From Bacteroidia bacterium (GTDB taxonomy: Bacteria > Bacteroidota > Bacteroidia > AKYH767-A > JBBKVM01), in the NCBI GenBank assembly GCA_037969175.1, contig JBBKWX010000105.1:3437-67436 (forward strand): a stretch of DNA of 64,000 bases, in the 5' to 3' direction. This document shows positions 1 to 11,469 of this stretch, piece after piece; the stretch's first letter is position 1, and every line of letters starts with the position of its first letter. The notes under the pieces are model-generated. The model searched no databases, was not told the origin of the DNA, and saw only the letters and a list, made by a program, of their open reading frames with translations. The translations under genes were made by a program, and so were the position numbers.

Positions 1-40
1 ATTCAAAGTAATTTTTATTCAATAAAGGGATAAAAAAACG

Positions 41-1210
41 TCAGGAAAGCTTGTGAAATGCTTGCCACCATCTTTCAGGAATCTCCTCGTCACAAGCAGT
101 TACATAATCATGATAGCTGCATGGAACCAAATGATGCCTTTTATACTTACTGTTATTATCATGGTAAGGTACTTCCATCCACCATCTATCCGTCTTCTTA
201 CTTTTATAAAATATTAACTCGTGACCGGAATTACGAATGTTAACTGTATACCTTATAAAATTAGATTTGCTTTTTAAAGGCAGATCATTTTTTCTATTAA
301 ATACACCTTCCAGAAAATACCAGATCATTTGAGCTACCAGAGCAGAGCTTTGTCCATAACGATCTATAGTTGGATTCAATTCATAAAATCCAACACAAGA
401 CAACTTATCACTCAAACCTGCATATCTCATTATCTGGCATACTTCCTCACCATAAAATCCATTTGGTGAAACATGTTTATTTCCCGGGGCATCCGAATGC
501 CTAACTGATCCCAGATCAAAAGTCAACATATCAGCATTTCTGATAATTGGCTCTGTTTCATCAATAGAAGCCCTTACCTGCCCTACTCTGTATGTATCAA
601 AATATAGCCTATCCATAAATGCAGTTGCTTCTGCACCTACATAATAACTTTGGTATCCAATATTGCTGTAATTGAACAAAAAGCTTGGTTGATGAAGGAT
701 TATTTTTCCCAAATAACTATCCGAACTTATTTCTTCTTCAATATTCCCTAAATCGAATTTAGAGTCAATACTTACAATATTTACAGTTTGTTCCAGATTC
801 TTATACGCTGTATACTGGGCATAAGTCAAATCCTGACTACCTCCTAAGATCAAAGGAATAATATCTTTCTTAATTAAAGTGGCAATAATTTCGGAAAGCG
901 CAACATAAGTGTCATTTAATGACTCACCCGGTTTCAAATTACCAAGGAAAGCAGTTTCAATTTTGAACCCGCCTTGCTTGAGTTGAAATAATTGCTTCAT
1001 TACCTCCAATGGAGCTTCCGAACAACCAAAATTTCCTTTGGAACCCCTTTCCTCAGGTGCACCTAAGATCGCCACTTTTACTCCTTCCAGATCTGGAAAA
1101 GCAAACTGGGTATGAATACGGAATACACGGCCCAGATAAAATGGATCTTCATCCGGCATCACATCTTCCCATCCGGCAGGCATAGGCTCAAAATAATCCT
1201 GTAATTCCAT
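41..1210 (-). CDS. Arginase/formiminoglutamase-family (ureohydrolase-fold) protein, 389 aa, with a long Trp-rich C-terminal extension
   Basis: The ORF resembles the arginase N-terminus (VAILGAP...GS...G..APL), the GGDHS-position motif (ILGGSQDLT), the DAHAD-position motif (SIDSKFD) and the SxDxDxxDP-position motif (TFDLGSVRHSDAPG). Fold assignment is by eye; the metal ligands appear substituted (see finding). Confidence 0.55.
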   Translation of the reverse strand: MELQDYFEPMPAGWEDVMPDEDPFYLGRVFRIHTQFAFPDLEGVKVAILGAPEERGSKGNFGCSEAPLEVMKQLFQLKQGGFKIETAFLGNLKPGESLNDTYVALSEIIATLIKKDIIPLILGGSQDLTYAQYTAYKNLEQTVNIVSIDSKFDLGNIEEEISSDSYLGKIILHQPSFLFNYSNIGYQSYYVGAEATAFMDRLYFDTYRVGQVRASIDETEPIIRNADMLTFDLGSVRHSDAPGNKHVSPNGFYGEEVCQIMRYAGLSDKLSCVGFYELNPTIDRYGQSSALVAQMIWYFLEGVFNRKNDLPLKSKSNFIRYTVNIRNSGHELIFYKSKKTDRWWMEVPYHDNNSKYKRHHLVPCSYHDYVTACDEEIPERWWQAFHKLS

Positions 1211-1213
1211 AAA

Positions 1214-3616
1214 TTATTTTGTCTTTTTGGCTTTGCTTGCCGGCTTTTTCTTTGTGGCTTTCTTAGTAACTTTCTTTGCCGGTTCTTTAGTATCACTTTT
1301 TGAACTCTTTTTGAACCTGCCTTTTGCAGGCTCCTGCTTGGAGGCAAGATCCAGGCAATCTTCAAGTGAAAGAGAAGCCGGATCAGTTCCTTTTGGGATC
1401 CTTACATTTTGTTTTCCAACAGCTATATAAGGACCATATCTTCCATTTTGAATGATAACATCCTCTCTTTCTTTAAATGTTTTGATGATCTTTTCTTTGT
1501 CCGCTTTTCGTTTTGCTTCAATCAATTCAGTAGAGGCTTTCAACTCAATTTCGAGAGGGTCTGTACCCTTTGGAATTGAGAAAAACGCTCCTTTGTGTCT
1601 CACATAAGGACCAAAACGACCAAGTGCTACAACCACATCCTCGTCTTCAAATTGTCCAAGAGTCCGTGGTAACTTAAACAGCTCCAATGCATCTTCCAGA
1701 GTAATTGTTTCCAATCTCTGATCAGCTTTTAGACTTGCATATTCCGGCTTATCATCTTCTTCTCCTCCTCCAATTTGAACGATAGGTCCGAAACGGCCAA
1801 TTCGGGCAATGATTCTTCTTCCATTCTTAGGATGCACTCCCAAATGACGTTCTCCTGAAGCCCTCTCCGTATTCTTCTCCGTGAATTCAACATTCTTATG
1901 AAATGGTTCATAGAATTCTCTGATCATTTCGTTCCAGACTTTTTCTCCCTGAGCTATCTCATCGAATTCTTTTTCAACTTTCGCCGTAAAGTTAAAGTCC
2001 ATGATCTTAACGAAATTTTCTACTAAGAAATCATTAACAACAGTACCAATGTCAGTAGGAAATAATTTATTTTTTTCAGCACCGGTGATTTCCGTTTTAT
2101 CTTCTTTCGCCACTTTTGCATTTTCCAAAGTCAATAGAACATAGTGTCTTTCTTTTCCTTGTCTCTCTTCTTTAACTACATATCCTCTTTTCTGAATAGT
2201 AGAAATGGTTGGGGCATATGTTGACGGCCGTCCAATACCTAGTTCTTCAAGCTTTTTCACTAATGAAGCTTCGGTATATCTTGGAGGATGATGCGTGAAA
2301 CGCTGAGTAGCCGTAATATTATTCAATTTCAGTTTTTCACCAACTTCCAATGGTGGCAGCATTCCATCTTGTTTTTCATCATCTTCATCATCAGTAGACT
2401 CCAGATAAACTTTCAGAAAACCTTCAAACTTTATTACTTCTCCCTGGGCTACTAATTCATCTTTCATTCCTGAAATAGAGATCCTGGCAGTTGTTTTCTC
2501 AAGAAGAGCATCCGCCATCTGAGACGCAATAGTTCGTTTCCAAATAAGATCATAAAGTCGCTTTTCAGAAGATTCACCATCAACTGAAGTTTCATTCATA
2601 TAAGTAGGTCTGATTGCTTCGTGAGCTTCCTGGGCACCTTTGCTCTTGGTTGTAAATTTTCGTTCAAGATGGTACTCTTTTCCAAAAGACCTGTTTACTT
2701 CCGTTTCAGCAAGCCTTAAAGCAGTATCAGAAAGATTCAAAGAATCTGTCCTCATATAAGTGATCTTTCCACTTTCATAAAGCTTTTGCGCTATGACCAT
2801 GGTTTGCGAAACCGAAAAACCTAGCTTTCTACTGGCTTCCTGTTGAAGCGTTGATGTTGTAAACGGTGCTGCCGGACTCTTCTTTGCCGGCTTGGTCTCC
2901 AGGTCATTTATGGTGAAAATGGCTCCATTACACGCATCCAGAAACGCCTGTGCTTCCGGCTCTGTATCAAATCTTTTAGGCAATTCCGCTTTCAGAATCG
3001 CTTTCATTCCTTGTTTATCGATATCGAATAATGCAACAACCCTGAATGCCGACTTAGCTTCATGTGCATCAACTTCCCTTTCTCTTTCAACAATCAATCG
3101 CACTGAAACAGATTGTACTCTTCCTGCTGATAAGGAAGGTTTGATCTTCTTCCATAGTATGGGAGATAACTCAAAACCAACCAATCTGTCAAGTATCCTT
3201 CTGGCCTGCTGTGCATCAACTAAATGCTTATCAATTGTCCTTGGATTCTGAATGGAATTCAGAATTGCCTCTTTTGTAATTTCATGAAACACAATACGTT
3301 TTGTGGAACTTTCTTTTAGTTTCAATGTCTCAAACAAATGCCAGGATATAGCTTCACCTTCCCGGTCCTCATCCGTTGCCAACCATACCGTTTCTGCTGC
3401 TTTAGCTAGTTTCATCAATTCTGAGATGACCGCTTTCTTGTCTTGGCTAACCTCGTAAGTCGGGGCAAAACCATTCTCAACGTCAATGGCTTTATCACTT
3501 TTCATAAGATCACGTACATGTCCGTAACTGGATTTGACCACAAAGTCTTTACCCAGAAACCCTTCAATTGTCTTGGCTTTTGCCGGTGACTCAACTATTA
3601 GGAGGTTCTTTGTCAT
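1214..3616 (-). CDS. topA: DNA topoisomerase I
   Basis: 800 aa ORF with the TOPRIM N-terminus (LLIVESPAKAKTIEGFLGKDF), a type IA core, Zn-ribbon-like C-terminal repeats and a lysine-rich tail. Confidence 0.93.
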   Translation of the reverse strand: MTKNLLIVESPAKAKTIEGFLGKDFVVKSSYGHVRDLMKSDKAIDVENGFAPTYEVSQDKKAVISELMKLAKAAETVWLATDEDREGEAISWHLFETLKLKESSTKRIVFHEITKEAILNSIQNPRTIDKHLVDAQQARRILDRLVGFELSPILWKKIKPSLSAGRVQSVSVRLIVEREREVDAHEAKSAFRVVALFDIDKQGMKAILKAELPKRFDTEPEAQAFLDACNGAIFTINDLETKPAKKSPAAPFTTSTLQQEASRKLGFSVSQTMVIAQKLYESGKITYMRTDSLNLSDTALRLAETEVNRSFGKEYHLERKFTTKSKGAQEAHEAIRPTYMNETSVDGESSEKRLYDLIWKRTIASQMADALLEKTTARISISGMKDELVAQGEVIKFEGFLKVYLESTDDEDDEKQDGMLPPLEVGEKLKLNNITATQRFTHHPPRYTEASLVKKLEELGIGRPSTYAPTISTIQKRGYVVKEERQGKERHYVLLTLENAKVAKEDKTEITGAEKNKLFPTDIGTVVNDFLVENFVKIMDFNFTAKVEKEFDEIAQGEKVWNEMIREFYEPFHKNVEFTEKNTERASGERHLGVHPKNGRRIIARIGRFGPIVQIGGGEEDDKPEYASLKADQRLETITLEDALELFKLPRTLGQFEDEDVVVALGRFGPYVRHKGAFFSIPKGTDPLEIELKASTELIEAKRKADKEKIIKTFKEREDVIIQNGRYGPYIAVGKQNVRIPKGTDPASLSLEDCLDLASKQEPAKGRFKKSSKSDTKEPAKKVTKKATKKKPASKAKKTK

Positions 3617-3768
3617 TTATAAAGGATTGTTCCCTGAAGAAAAAATTAACCTCAGGGCGCACAAAATAAACAAATTCATTTCTCACAAACCAATTTTTAT
3701 GTGAAGGAAGATTAATATGACATTTTGTCATTGGTAAAAATTCATACCTTTGCGTCAATAATTAAAGC

Positions 3769-5175
3769 ATGCAAACAGATATTAAAGAGATTGACGAAAA
3801 ACGTCAGGGTGAAGCAACCATGATGCCTTCTCCAACTGGGAATCAGGGCAGAAAGTTATACCTTGAAAGTTATGGTTGTGCAATGAATTTTTCAGATAGT
3901 GAAATCATTGCATCCATCATGATTGAGAAAGGATTTTGCACTACAGATACTGCCGAAGATGCAGACGTTATTTTTTTAAATACATGTGCAATACGTGATA
4001 ATGCCGAATTAAGGATCTGGGCAAGGCTTAAAGATTTCAGACAAAAAAAGAAAGCAAATCCATCTTTGATCGTCGGAGTTTTGGGCTGTATGGCCGAGAG
4101 GCTAAAGTCCAAATTGCTTGAAGAAGAACAGCTGGTTGATCTGGTTGTTGGTCCGGATGCATATAGAGATCTTCCGAATCTCTTAGAACAAGTAGATGGT
4201 GGCCAGAAAGCTGTGAATGTATTATTGAGCAGAGAAGAAACTTATGCAGGAATTAGTCCTGTAAGGTTGGGAAGTAATGGAATAAGTGCATTTATCTCAA
4301 TCACAAGAGGATGTAATAATATGTGCTCATTTTGTGTAGTGCCTTTTACCAGAGGACGCGAAAGAAGTAGAGATTCTCAGAGTATCGTGTTAGAAGCAGT
4401 TGATCTTTTTGAAAGAGGTTATAAAGAAGTGACCTTATTAGGTCAAAATGTAGATTCTTATTGCTTTGAAAGCGATGACGGGAATACCAAAGTAAATTTT
4501 GCATCATTATTAAAAATGGTTGCAGATGTGAGTCCTGATCTAAGGGTCCGCTTTTCTACATCTCATCCAAAAGATATTACTGATGAGGTATTACATATCA
4601 TAGCTAATACTCCAAATATCTGTAACTATATACATCTTCCTGTACAATCGGGTAACAGCAGAGTTCTTGAATTGATGAACCGAACTTATACCCGGGAATG
4701 GTATCTGGAAAGAGTTGAGGCAATAAGGAGAATTATACCCGGTTGTGGTCTGTCTACCGATGTCATTACCGGATTTTGTTCAGAAACTGAAGAAGAACAT
4801 AAGGATACATTGAGCATCATGGAAATTTCCAATTTTGATTTTTCATATATGTTCAAATATTCCGAACGACCCGGAACACTTGCTGCCAGAAAATATGCTG
4901 ACGATATTCCGGAAGAAATAAAAGCAAAACGTTTGGATGATATAATAGCGACTCAAAAAGGATTATCATATATAAGTAATCAGAGGGATCTAAATAAGAT
5001 ACACAGAGTATTAATTGAAAGAGATTCCAAGAAATCAGCGGATCAATATTGTGGTAGAAATGACCAAAACAAAATGGTTGTTTTTCCAAAATCAACTCAT
5101 GTTCCGGGTGATTATGTTAATGTATTGGTTACCGATTGTACATCAGCTACGCTAAAAGGCGTGATCGTGAATTAA
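3769..5175 (+). CDS. miaB: tRNA-i6A37 methylthiotransferase MiaB (radical SAM)
   Basis: MTTase N-terminus ([12 protein letters not shown]), a radical-SAM CNNMCSFC motif and a TRAM-like C-terminus. The true start may be the internal Met near 3820. Confidence 0.9.
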   Translation: MQTDIKEIDEKRQGEATMMPSPTGNQGRKLYLESYGCAMNFSDSEIIASIMIEKGFCTTDTAEDADVIFLNTCAIRDNAELRIWARLKDFRQKKKANPSLIVGVLGCMAERLKSKLLEEEQLVDLVVGPDAYRDLPNLLEQVDGGQKAVNVLLSREETYAGISPVRLGSNGISAFISITRGCNNMCSFCVVPFTRGRERSRDSQSIVLEAVDLFERGYKEVTLLGQNVDSYCFESDDGNTKVNFASLLKMVADVSPDLRVRFSTSHPKDITDEVLHIIANTPNICNYIHLPVQSGNSRVLELMNRTYTREWYLERVEAIRRIIPGCGLSTDVITGFCSETEEEHKDTLSIMEISNFDFSYMFKYSERPGTLAARKYADDIPEEIKAKRLDDIIATQKGLSYISNQRDLNKIHRVLIERDSKKSADQYCGRNDQNKMVVFPKSTHVPGDYVNVLVTDCTSATLKGVIVN

Positions 5176-5184
5176 TTTGAACTC

Positions 5185-6417
5185 ATGACTACCCAGGAGA
5201 TAAAACAGAGATACGGTATCATTGGAAGTTCGACTTCTCTGAATATTGCTATTGATACCGCCAGACAAGTAGCCCCTACTGATATTACTGTACTTATTAC
5301 CGGAGAAAGTGGCGTTGGTAAAGAAGTATTCCCTCAAATCATACATCAACTCAGTTCCAGAAAACATGGTCCTTATATAGCTGTAAATTGCGGTGCTATA
5401 CCTGAAGGAACTATAGACTCTGAGTTATTCGGACATGAAAAAGGGAGTTTCACCGGAGCGCATGAGGCAAGAAAAGGTTATTTCGAAGTTGCAAATGGAG
5501 GAACAATTTTTCTGGATGAAGTAGCTGAACTTCCTTTATCAACTCAGGTAAGATTGTTACGTGTTTTAGAAACAGGTGAATTTTTCAAGGTCGGATCTTC
5601 AAAAGCATTGAAGACGGATGTCAGAGTGGTTGCAGCAACCAATGTAAACATGGCTGAAACAATTGCTAAAAATAAATTTCGGGAAGATCTTTATTATCGT
5701 CTCAATACTGTTCCCATTCATGTACCTCCTTTGAGAAACAGAAAAGAAGATATTTATTTATTACTTAGAAAGTTTGCTGCAGATTTTGCCGACAGATACA
5801 GGATGCCTGCAATTAGTTTGGATAGTGATGCCAGAACTATGCTTGAGGAATATCGATGGCCAGGGAATATTCGCCAATTAAAGAATATTACTGAGCAAGT
5901 ATCTATTCTTGAGAGCAAAAAAGAAATATCAGGTAAAGTTTTATTGAATTATATCCCTTCCGAGAATGGAAATCAATTGCCCGTTTTATTCAAGGAACAG
6001 GGATCTTCATCCGGAGAATTTTCAGAAAGGGACATATTGTATAAGGTGTTGTTTGACATGAAAAAAGATCTGAATGATCTGAGAAAACTTGTTATGGGAA
6101 TCATACAAACTGAAGGCAATACAAATCAACTTCAGGAAGAACAAGCGGGGTTGATCAGGAAATTATATCAGAGTGCCGACCGAGAAATTCCAAAAACTGA
6201 AGGGCATGTCAGTATTCTTGATCGTGAAAAATTTGAATCTGCTGCTTCAGATATTGAAGATTATGAAGAAGAAAGTCTTTCTTTGGAAGTTAAGGAAGTG
6301 GAATTGATTCGTAAAGCGCTTGAAAAACACAAAGGAAAAAGAAAATATGCTGCGAGAGAGCTGGGCATTTCTGAAAGAACTTTATATAGAAAGATCAAGG
6401 AGTATGAACTTACTTAA
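5185..6417 (+). CDS. Sigma-54-dependent transcriptional activator (enhancer-binding protein) with no receiver or sensor domain
   Basis: The AAA+ sigma-54 interaction domain starts at about residue 10 (GESGVGKE Walker [22 protein letters not shown]-like loop, FLDEV Walker B). A Fis-type HTH lies at the C-terminus ([16 protein letters not shown]). Confidence 0.85.
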   Translation: MTTQEIKQRYGIIGSSTSLNIAIDTARQVAPTDITVLITGESGVGKEVFPQIIHQLSSRKHGPYIAVNCGAIPEGTIDSELFGHEKGSFTGAHEARKGYFEVANGGTIFLDEVAELPLSTQVRLLRVLETGEFFKVGSSKALKTDVRVVAATNVNMAETIAKNKFREDLYYRLNTVPIHVPPLRNRKEDIYLLLRKFAADFADRYRMPAISLDSDARTMLEEYRWPGNIRQLKNITEQVSILESKKEISGKVLLNYIPSENGNQLPVLFKEQGSSSGEFSERDILYKVLFDMKKDLNDLRKLVMGIIQTEGNTNQLQEEQAGLIRKLYQSADREIPKTEGHVSILDREKFESAASDIEDYEEESLSLEVKEVELIRKALEKHKGKRKYAARELGISERTLYRKIKEYELT

Positions 6418-6916
6418 AAACCGCTTTCTGCTTTTGAATTACATTCTCATTTTTACAATTTGCGGATGTAAAGTTTATTCGTTCACCGGTGCATCTATTT
6501 CGCCTGAAATAAAAACTATCAGTGTTAGCTATTTCCCAAATCATGCATCAATTGTACAACCATCCTTAAGCCAGATAATCACTGAAAAGTTAAAAGAAAA
6601 ATTCATAAGTCAGAGCGGACTACGGGTAATAGATACAGATGGAGATCTTGATTTTGAAGGGCGTATCACCAATTATACGACAAACCCTATAAATATTCAA
6701 GGAAATGAGACTGCTGCTCAAAACAGGTTGACCATTGCCATCCAGGTAAAATTTGTCAATAAATCAGAACCAAAGAATAATTTTGAAACCTCATTCTCCA
6801 GATATGCAGATTATGATAGCAACAGCAATCTAATTTCTGTTGAAGATGAACTAATTACCAAGATCAGTGATCAATTGATCGATGATATTTTTAATAAAGC
6901 AGTAATTAACTGGTAG
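6404..6916 (+). CDS. lptE: LptE-like LPS-assembly lipoprotein
   Basis: Signal peptide plus lipobox (LIFTICGC). The protein is about 170 aa, and a miaB-EBP-lptE order is commonly seen in Bacteroidota. Start chosen at MNLLKNRF (ATG 6404) rather than the overlapping upstream ATG of the ORF track. Confidence 0.55.
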   Translation: MNLLKNRFLLLNYILIFTICGCKVYSFTGASISPEIKTISVSYFPNHASIVQPSLSQIITEKLKEKFISQSGLRVIDTDGDLDFEGRITNYTTNPINIQGNETAAQNRLTIAIQVKFVNKSEPKNNFETSFSRYADYDSNSNLISVEDELITKISDQLIDDIFNKAVINW

Positions 6917-6936
6917 AAGCCAATTATATTTGAAAA

Positions 6937-8445
6937 ATGGACAGACAGAAGCTTCTGAAATATCTTGATGATCCGGCTACCTTAAATGGTAGTAGTCTTG
7001 CAGAATTGCAAGAATTGGTGAGACAATTTCCATATTTTTCTGCCGCACAGATCCTTCTGGCTAAAAATTTTCATAATCTGGAAAGTGTTCATTATAACAA
7101 ACAATTAAAGCTTGCATCCGCATACAGTTTTGATAGAAAACTTCTGTATTCAGTTATCATGGAAAATGATAAAGCACCCTTAGAAGTTGAAGTGGCGGAA
7201 TCGAAATTTGATGAAAATAATAAAACCGTTGAACAGGAACTTTCAGTTGCCGAATTGCAGGAAGTGCCGGTACCCAAAGTAGAAGAAGAATTAATTGAAG
7301 AAAAAGTAGTTGATTCTAAATTATCTGAATCCTTCATTGTAGTTACTGAAGCAGAAAAAACATTCAATCCAAATATATCTGATGAAGAGGTGTCAAAGGA
7401 GGAAATGTCGGAAAACGATACAACATCGGTATCCCCGCTTTCACCCAGAGAGATCATAGAAAACAGATTAAGAGAGATTACCGGTGGAAGAGATGAACAA
7501 AGAGCCACAGACACTTCAAGTGAAGTAAGAGATAAATCAAAGCCGGATCCAGATTTGACTAATGTATTGAATCCAACAACCGGAATACAAAGATCATCCG
7601 ATCCAATAGAAACACCTGAAAATCGGGAAAGGACGGAAGTTGCTTTTAAGGATCCAATAGATAAGGAATCACTTGAAACTACACTTCCTGTAATTGATGA
7701 GTTTAAGTCAAAGACCGATACTGATGTTTCAAATGAAGATTTCAAGACAGTTGAAGATAGAATTGAAATTACAGACGAAGAAAGAGCAGAAGTAGAAATT
7801 GAGGCATTTGAGAAACCTGAGGAATTAATTCCTGATACTGATTTATCTGCAGAAGCTTCCGAACAAATTGAAGAGGAAGATCTGATACCAGAGCTGGAAC
7901 AGACCATTCTGGAGGAATTACCGGTTACAATGCCGGTGAGTTCCTTGATAACAAAAGATGAACCAGTTGAAGAAGAAAGAATTACAGATCATCATTCTGA
8001 GACACATTCTTTTTCGGATTGGTTGAAATTATCCAAAAGGTCAGCTGATGATGAAAATACTGAATTGATAAATATTAGATCAAAATCAGAAAATGATGAA
8101 GATCAAGTTGAAGAGGATTTGGATATTTCAAACATGAAAGCTCCTATTCTTCCTGCGAACAAAGCAGAAAGAACAAAGATCATTGATAAATTTATTCAGG
8201 AGGAGCCCCGAATTGAACAAGGTAAAACCAGTTTCTTTTCGCCAATGAATATGGCAAGAAAGAGCGTTGTAGAGCATGATGATATTTATTCTGAGACACT
8301 TGCCAAGATCTATGACAAGCAGGGTAACTATTTAAGAGCCCTAAAGATGTATGAAAAATTACGTTTGAAATATCCGGAAAAAAGTACTTCCTTTGCAGCC
8401 CAAATTACGCGCTTAAGAAGCCTCATTGAATCACAAGATAATTAA
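6937..8445 (+). CDS. Hypothetical protein, 502 aa: small N-terminal domain, about 350 aa of hyper-acidic low-complexity region, TPR-like C-terminal helix pair
   Basis: Long ORF in the conserved slot between lptE and secG. The Glu/Asp/Ser/Thr-rich middle has no obvious tandem DNA repeat. The C-terminus (LAKIYDKQGNYLRALKMYEKLRLKYPEKS) is TPR-like. Confidence 0.6.
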   Translation: MDRQKLLKYLDDPATLNGSSLAELQELVRQFPYFSAAQILLAKNFHNLESVHYNKQLKLASAYSFDRKLLYSVIMENDKAPLEVEVAESKFDENNKTVEQELSVAELQEVPVPKVEEELIEEKVVDSKLSESFIVVTEAEKTFNPNISDEEVSKEEMSENDTTSVSPLSPREIIENRLREITGGRDEQRATDTSSEVRDKSKPDPDLTNVLNPTTGIQRSSDPIETPENRERTEVAFKDPIDKESLETTLPVIDEFKSKTDTDVSNEDFKTVEDRIEITDEERAEVEIEAFEKPEELIPDTDLSAEASEQIEEEDLIPELEQTILEELPVTMPVSSLITKDEPVEEERITDHHSETHSFSDWLKLSKRSADDENTELINIRSKSENDEDQVEEDLDISNMKAPILPANKAERTKIIDKFIQEEPRIEQGKTSFFSPMNMARKSVVEHDDIYSETLAKIYDKQGNYLRALKMYEKLRLKYPEKSTSFAAQITRLRSLIESQDN

Positions 8446-8460
8446 TAGAAAGACATATAA

Positions 8461-8814
8461 ATGTATACTTTAATCTCAATTCTAATCGTAGTAGCCTCAG
8501 TATTAATGATACTGGTAGTTTTGGTTCAAAATTCAAAAGGCGGAGGACTGGCTTCAGGATTTGCATCTTCAGGACAGATCATGGGTGTTCGCAAGACATC
8601 TGATTTCCTTGAAAAAATGACCTGGGGATTAGCAATTGCACTTTTTGCACTTTCGGTTTTAGCTACATTTTCATTACCAAAGCATTCAGGGGTTCAAGAT
8701 AATTCAGCGATCCAGGAAAAAATAGATAATACAGCTGCACCAGCAGAAGGTGCTCCATTTGCACCCGCTCCTGCTGACGGTTCTGAAGGAACTACAGAAG
8801 AGCCGGCCAACTAA
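8461..8814 (+). CDS. secG: Preprotein translocase subunit SecG
   Basis: Two transmembrane segments with a Gly-rich loop (LVQNSKGGGLASGFASSGQ) typical of SecG, plus a Pro/Ala-rich C-terminal tail. Confidence 0.8.
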   Translation: MYTLISILIVVASVLMILVVLVQNSKGGGLASGFASSGQIMGVRKTSDFLEKMTWGLAIALFALSVLATFSLPKHSGVQDNSAIQEKIDNTAAPAEGAPFAPAPADGSEGTTEEPAN

Positions 8815-8835
8815 AATAAAATGACACGATGTCAC

Positions 8836-8866
8836 AATGCCTGTCTAACAAGACAGGCATTTTTGA
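8836..8866 (+). terminator. Rho-independent terminator after secG
   Basis: 11-bp perfect stem (aatgcctgtct / agacaggcatt), 4-nt loop, then TTTTT. Confidence 0.8.
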
Positions 8867-8965
8867 TTTAATCTGTCATTATTTCTACTTATTCATCTTG
8901 GCATAATCATCGCTTTAGGCTGAGCGCAAAGAAAATTTTCAGCAATCATTCAATTTCATTTATTC

Positions 8966-9244
8966 ATGAAAAACGTAAAAATTAAACCACTTGCCGACAG
9001 AGTACTCGTATCTGTATCTCCGGCAGAAGAGAAGACCGCAAGCGGTATCATAATTCCTGATACTGCAAAAGAGAAACCACAACAAGGGACTATTGTTGCT
9101 GTTGGTGGTGGCAAACCTGATGAACCAATGACTGTAAAAGTTGGTGATCGTGTACTTTATGGAAAGTATGCAGGCACTGAAATAATGCATGAAGGAAAAG
9201 AATACCTTATCATGCGTGAATCAGACATCTTTGCAGTTATATAA
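8966..9244 (+). CDS. groES: Co-chaperonin GroES
   Basis: [15 protein letters not shown]..., 92 aa, immediately upstream of groEL. Confidence 0.95.
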   Translation: MKNVKIKPLADRVLVSVSPAEEKTASGIIIPDTAKEKPQQGTIVAVGGGKPDEPMTVKVGDRVLYGKYAGTEIMHEGKEYLIMRESDIFAVI

Positions 9245-9270
9245 CCAGGAATTAACCAATAATTTATTAA

Positions 9271-10911
<1,641 letters not shown>

Positions 10912-10929
10912 TTTCTGTTTAATAATTAG

Positions 10930-10966
10930 AAAGCCCTGCAGGATTTATTTCTGCAGGGCTTTTTGT
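10930..10966 (+). terminator. Rho-independent terminator after groEL
   Basis: Stem aagccctgcag / ctgcagggctt followed by TTTTT. Confidence 0.8.
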
Positions 10967-11023
10967 GTTCAAAGGACTTGATTTCAACATCAAATTTTCG
11001 TAATTTATGTAAAATCTAATGTC

Positions 11024-11461
11024 ATGGATACATTATCTAAAATAGATAATTGGGGTGAATCTCATCCTTCTAGATCGCTTGAAATATTAAGAATAGTTTT
11101 GGGATTGATCATTTTCTTCAAAGGGGTATTTTTTATCCAAAATACCGAAGAGATAAATACGATGCTTTCCAATAGTAAACTAGCCTGGGGAACATTTATG
11201 ATCGCTCATTATGTCGCTATGGCTCACCTTCTGGGAGGAATATTAATCACCATTGGTTTAATTACCCGGATAGCAATCTCTTTCCAGCTTCCGGTATTAC
11301 TCGGAGCAATTATCTTTGTAAATGCTCAGCATGGTTTTTTCAGCATGCAAAGTGAATTGGGTTTTTCCATATTGGTTTTTGTCTTACTCGTATTTTTCTT
11401 GTTTTATGGATCCGGTCCTTATTCAGTTGATCATTTTATGGAGAAGAACAAAAATGTTTAA
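11024..11461 (+). CDS. DoxX-family membrane protein
   Basis: 145 aa with four predicted transmembrane helices and a DoxX-like N-terminus (LEILRIVLGLIIFFKG). Confidence 0.6.
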   Translation: MDTLSKIDNWGESHPSRSLEILRIVLGLIIFFKGVFFIQNTEEINTMLSNSKLAWGTFMIAHYVAMAHLLGGILITIGLITRIAISFQLPVLLGAIIFVNAQHGFFSMQSELGFSILVFVLLVFFLFYGSGPYSVDHFMEKNKNV

Positions 11462-11469
11462 ATTGCTGA

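Noticed and set aside
1159-1430. ORFs 1159-1365 (minus strand) and 1227-1430 (plus strand) at the topA 3' end
   Set aside because: Both overlap the Lys-rich tail-coding region of topA (AAA/AAG repeats) and give poly-Lys/Arg or hydrophobic junk translations with no independent support.
7092-7907. 271-aa Ser-rich ORF antisense to the acidic protein
   Set aside because: It is a mirror-image artefact of the GAA/GAT-rich coding strand. It has no start context or signal features, and the sense-strand ORF has structured termini and fits the conserved gene order.
8822-8834. Short palindrome TGACAcgaTGTCA just before the secG terminator
   Set aside because: 5-bp arms are too short to distinguish from chance. 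It is probably just the base of an extended terminator structure.
8880-8965. Searched the groES leader for a CIRCE/HrcA operator (TTAGCACTC-N9-GAGTGCTAA)
   Set aside because: Only a weak resemblance (ttaggctgagcgcaaag); not a credible CIRCE match.
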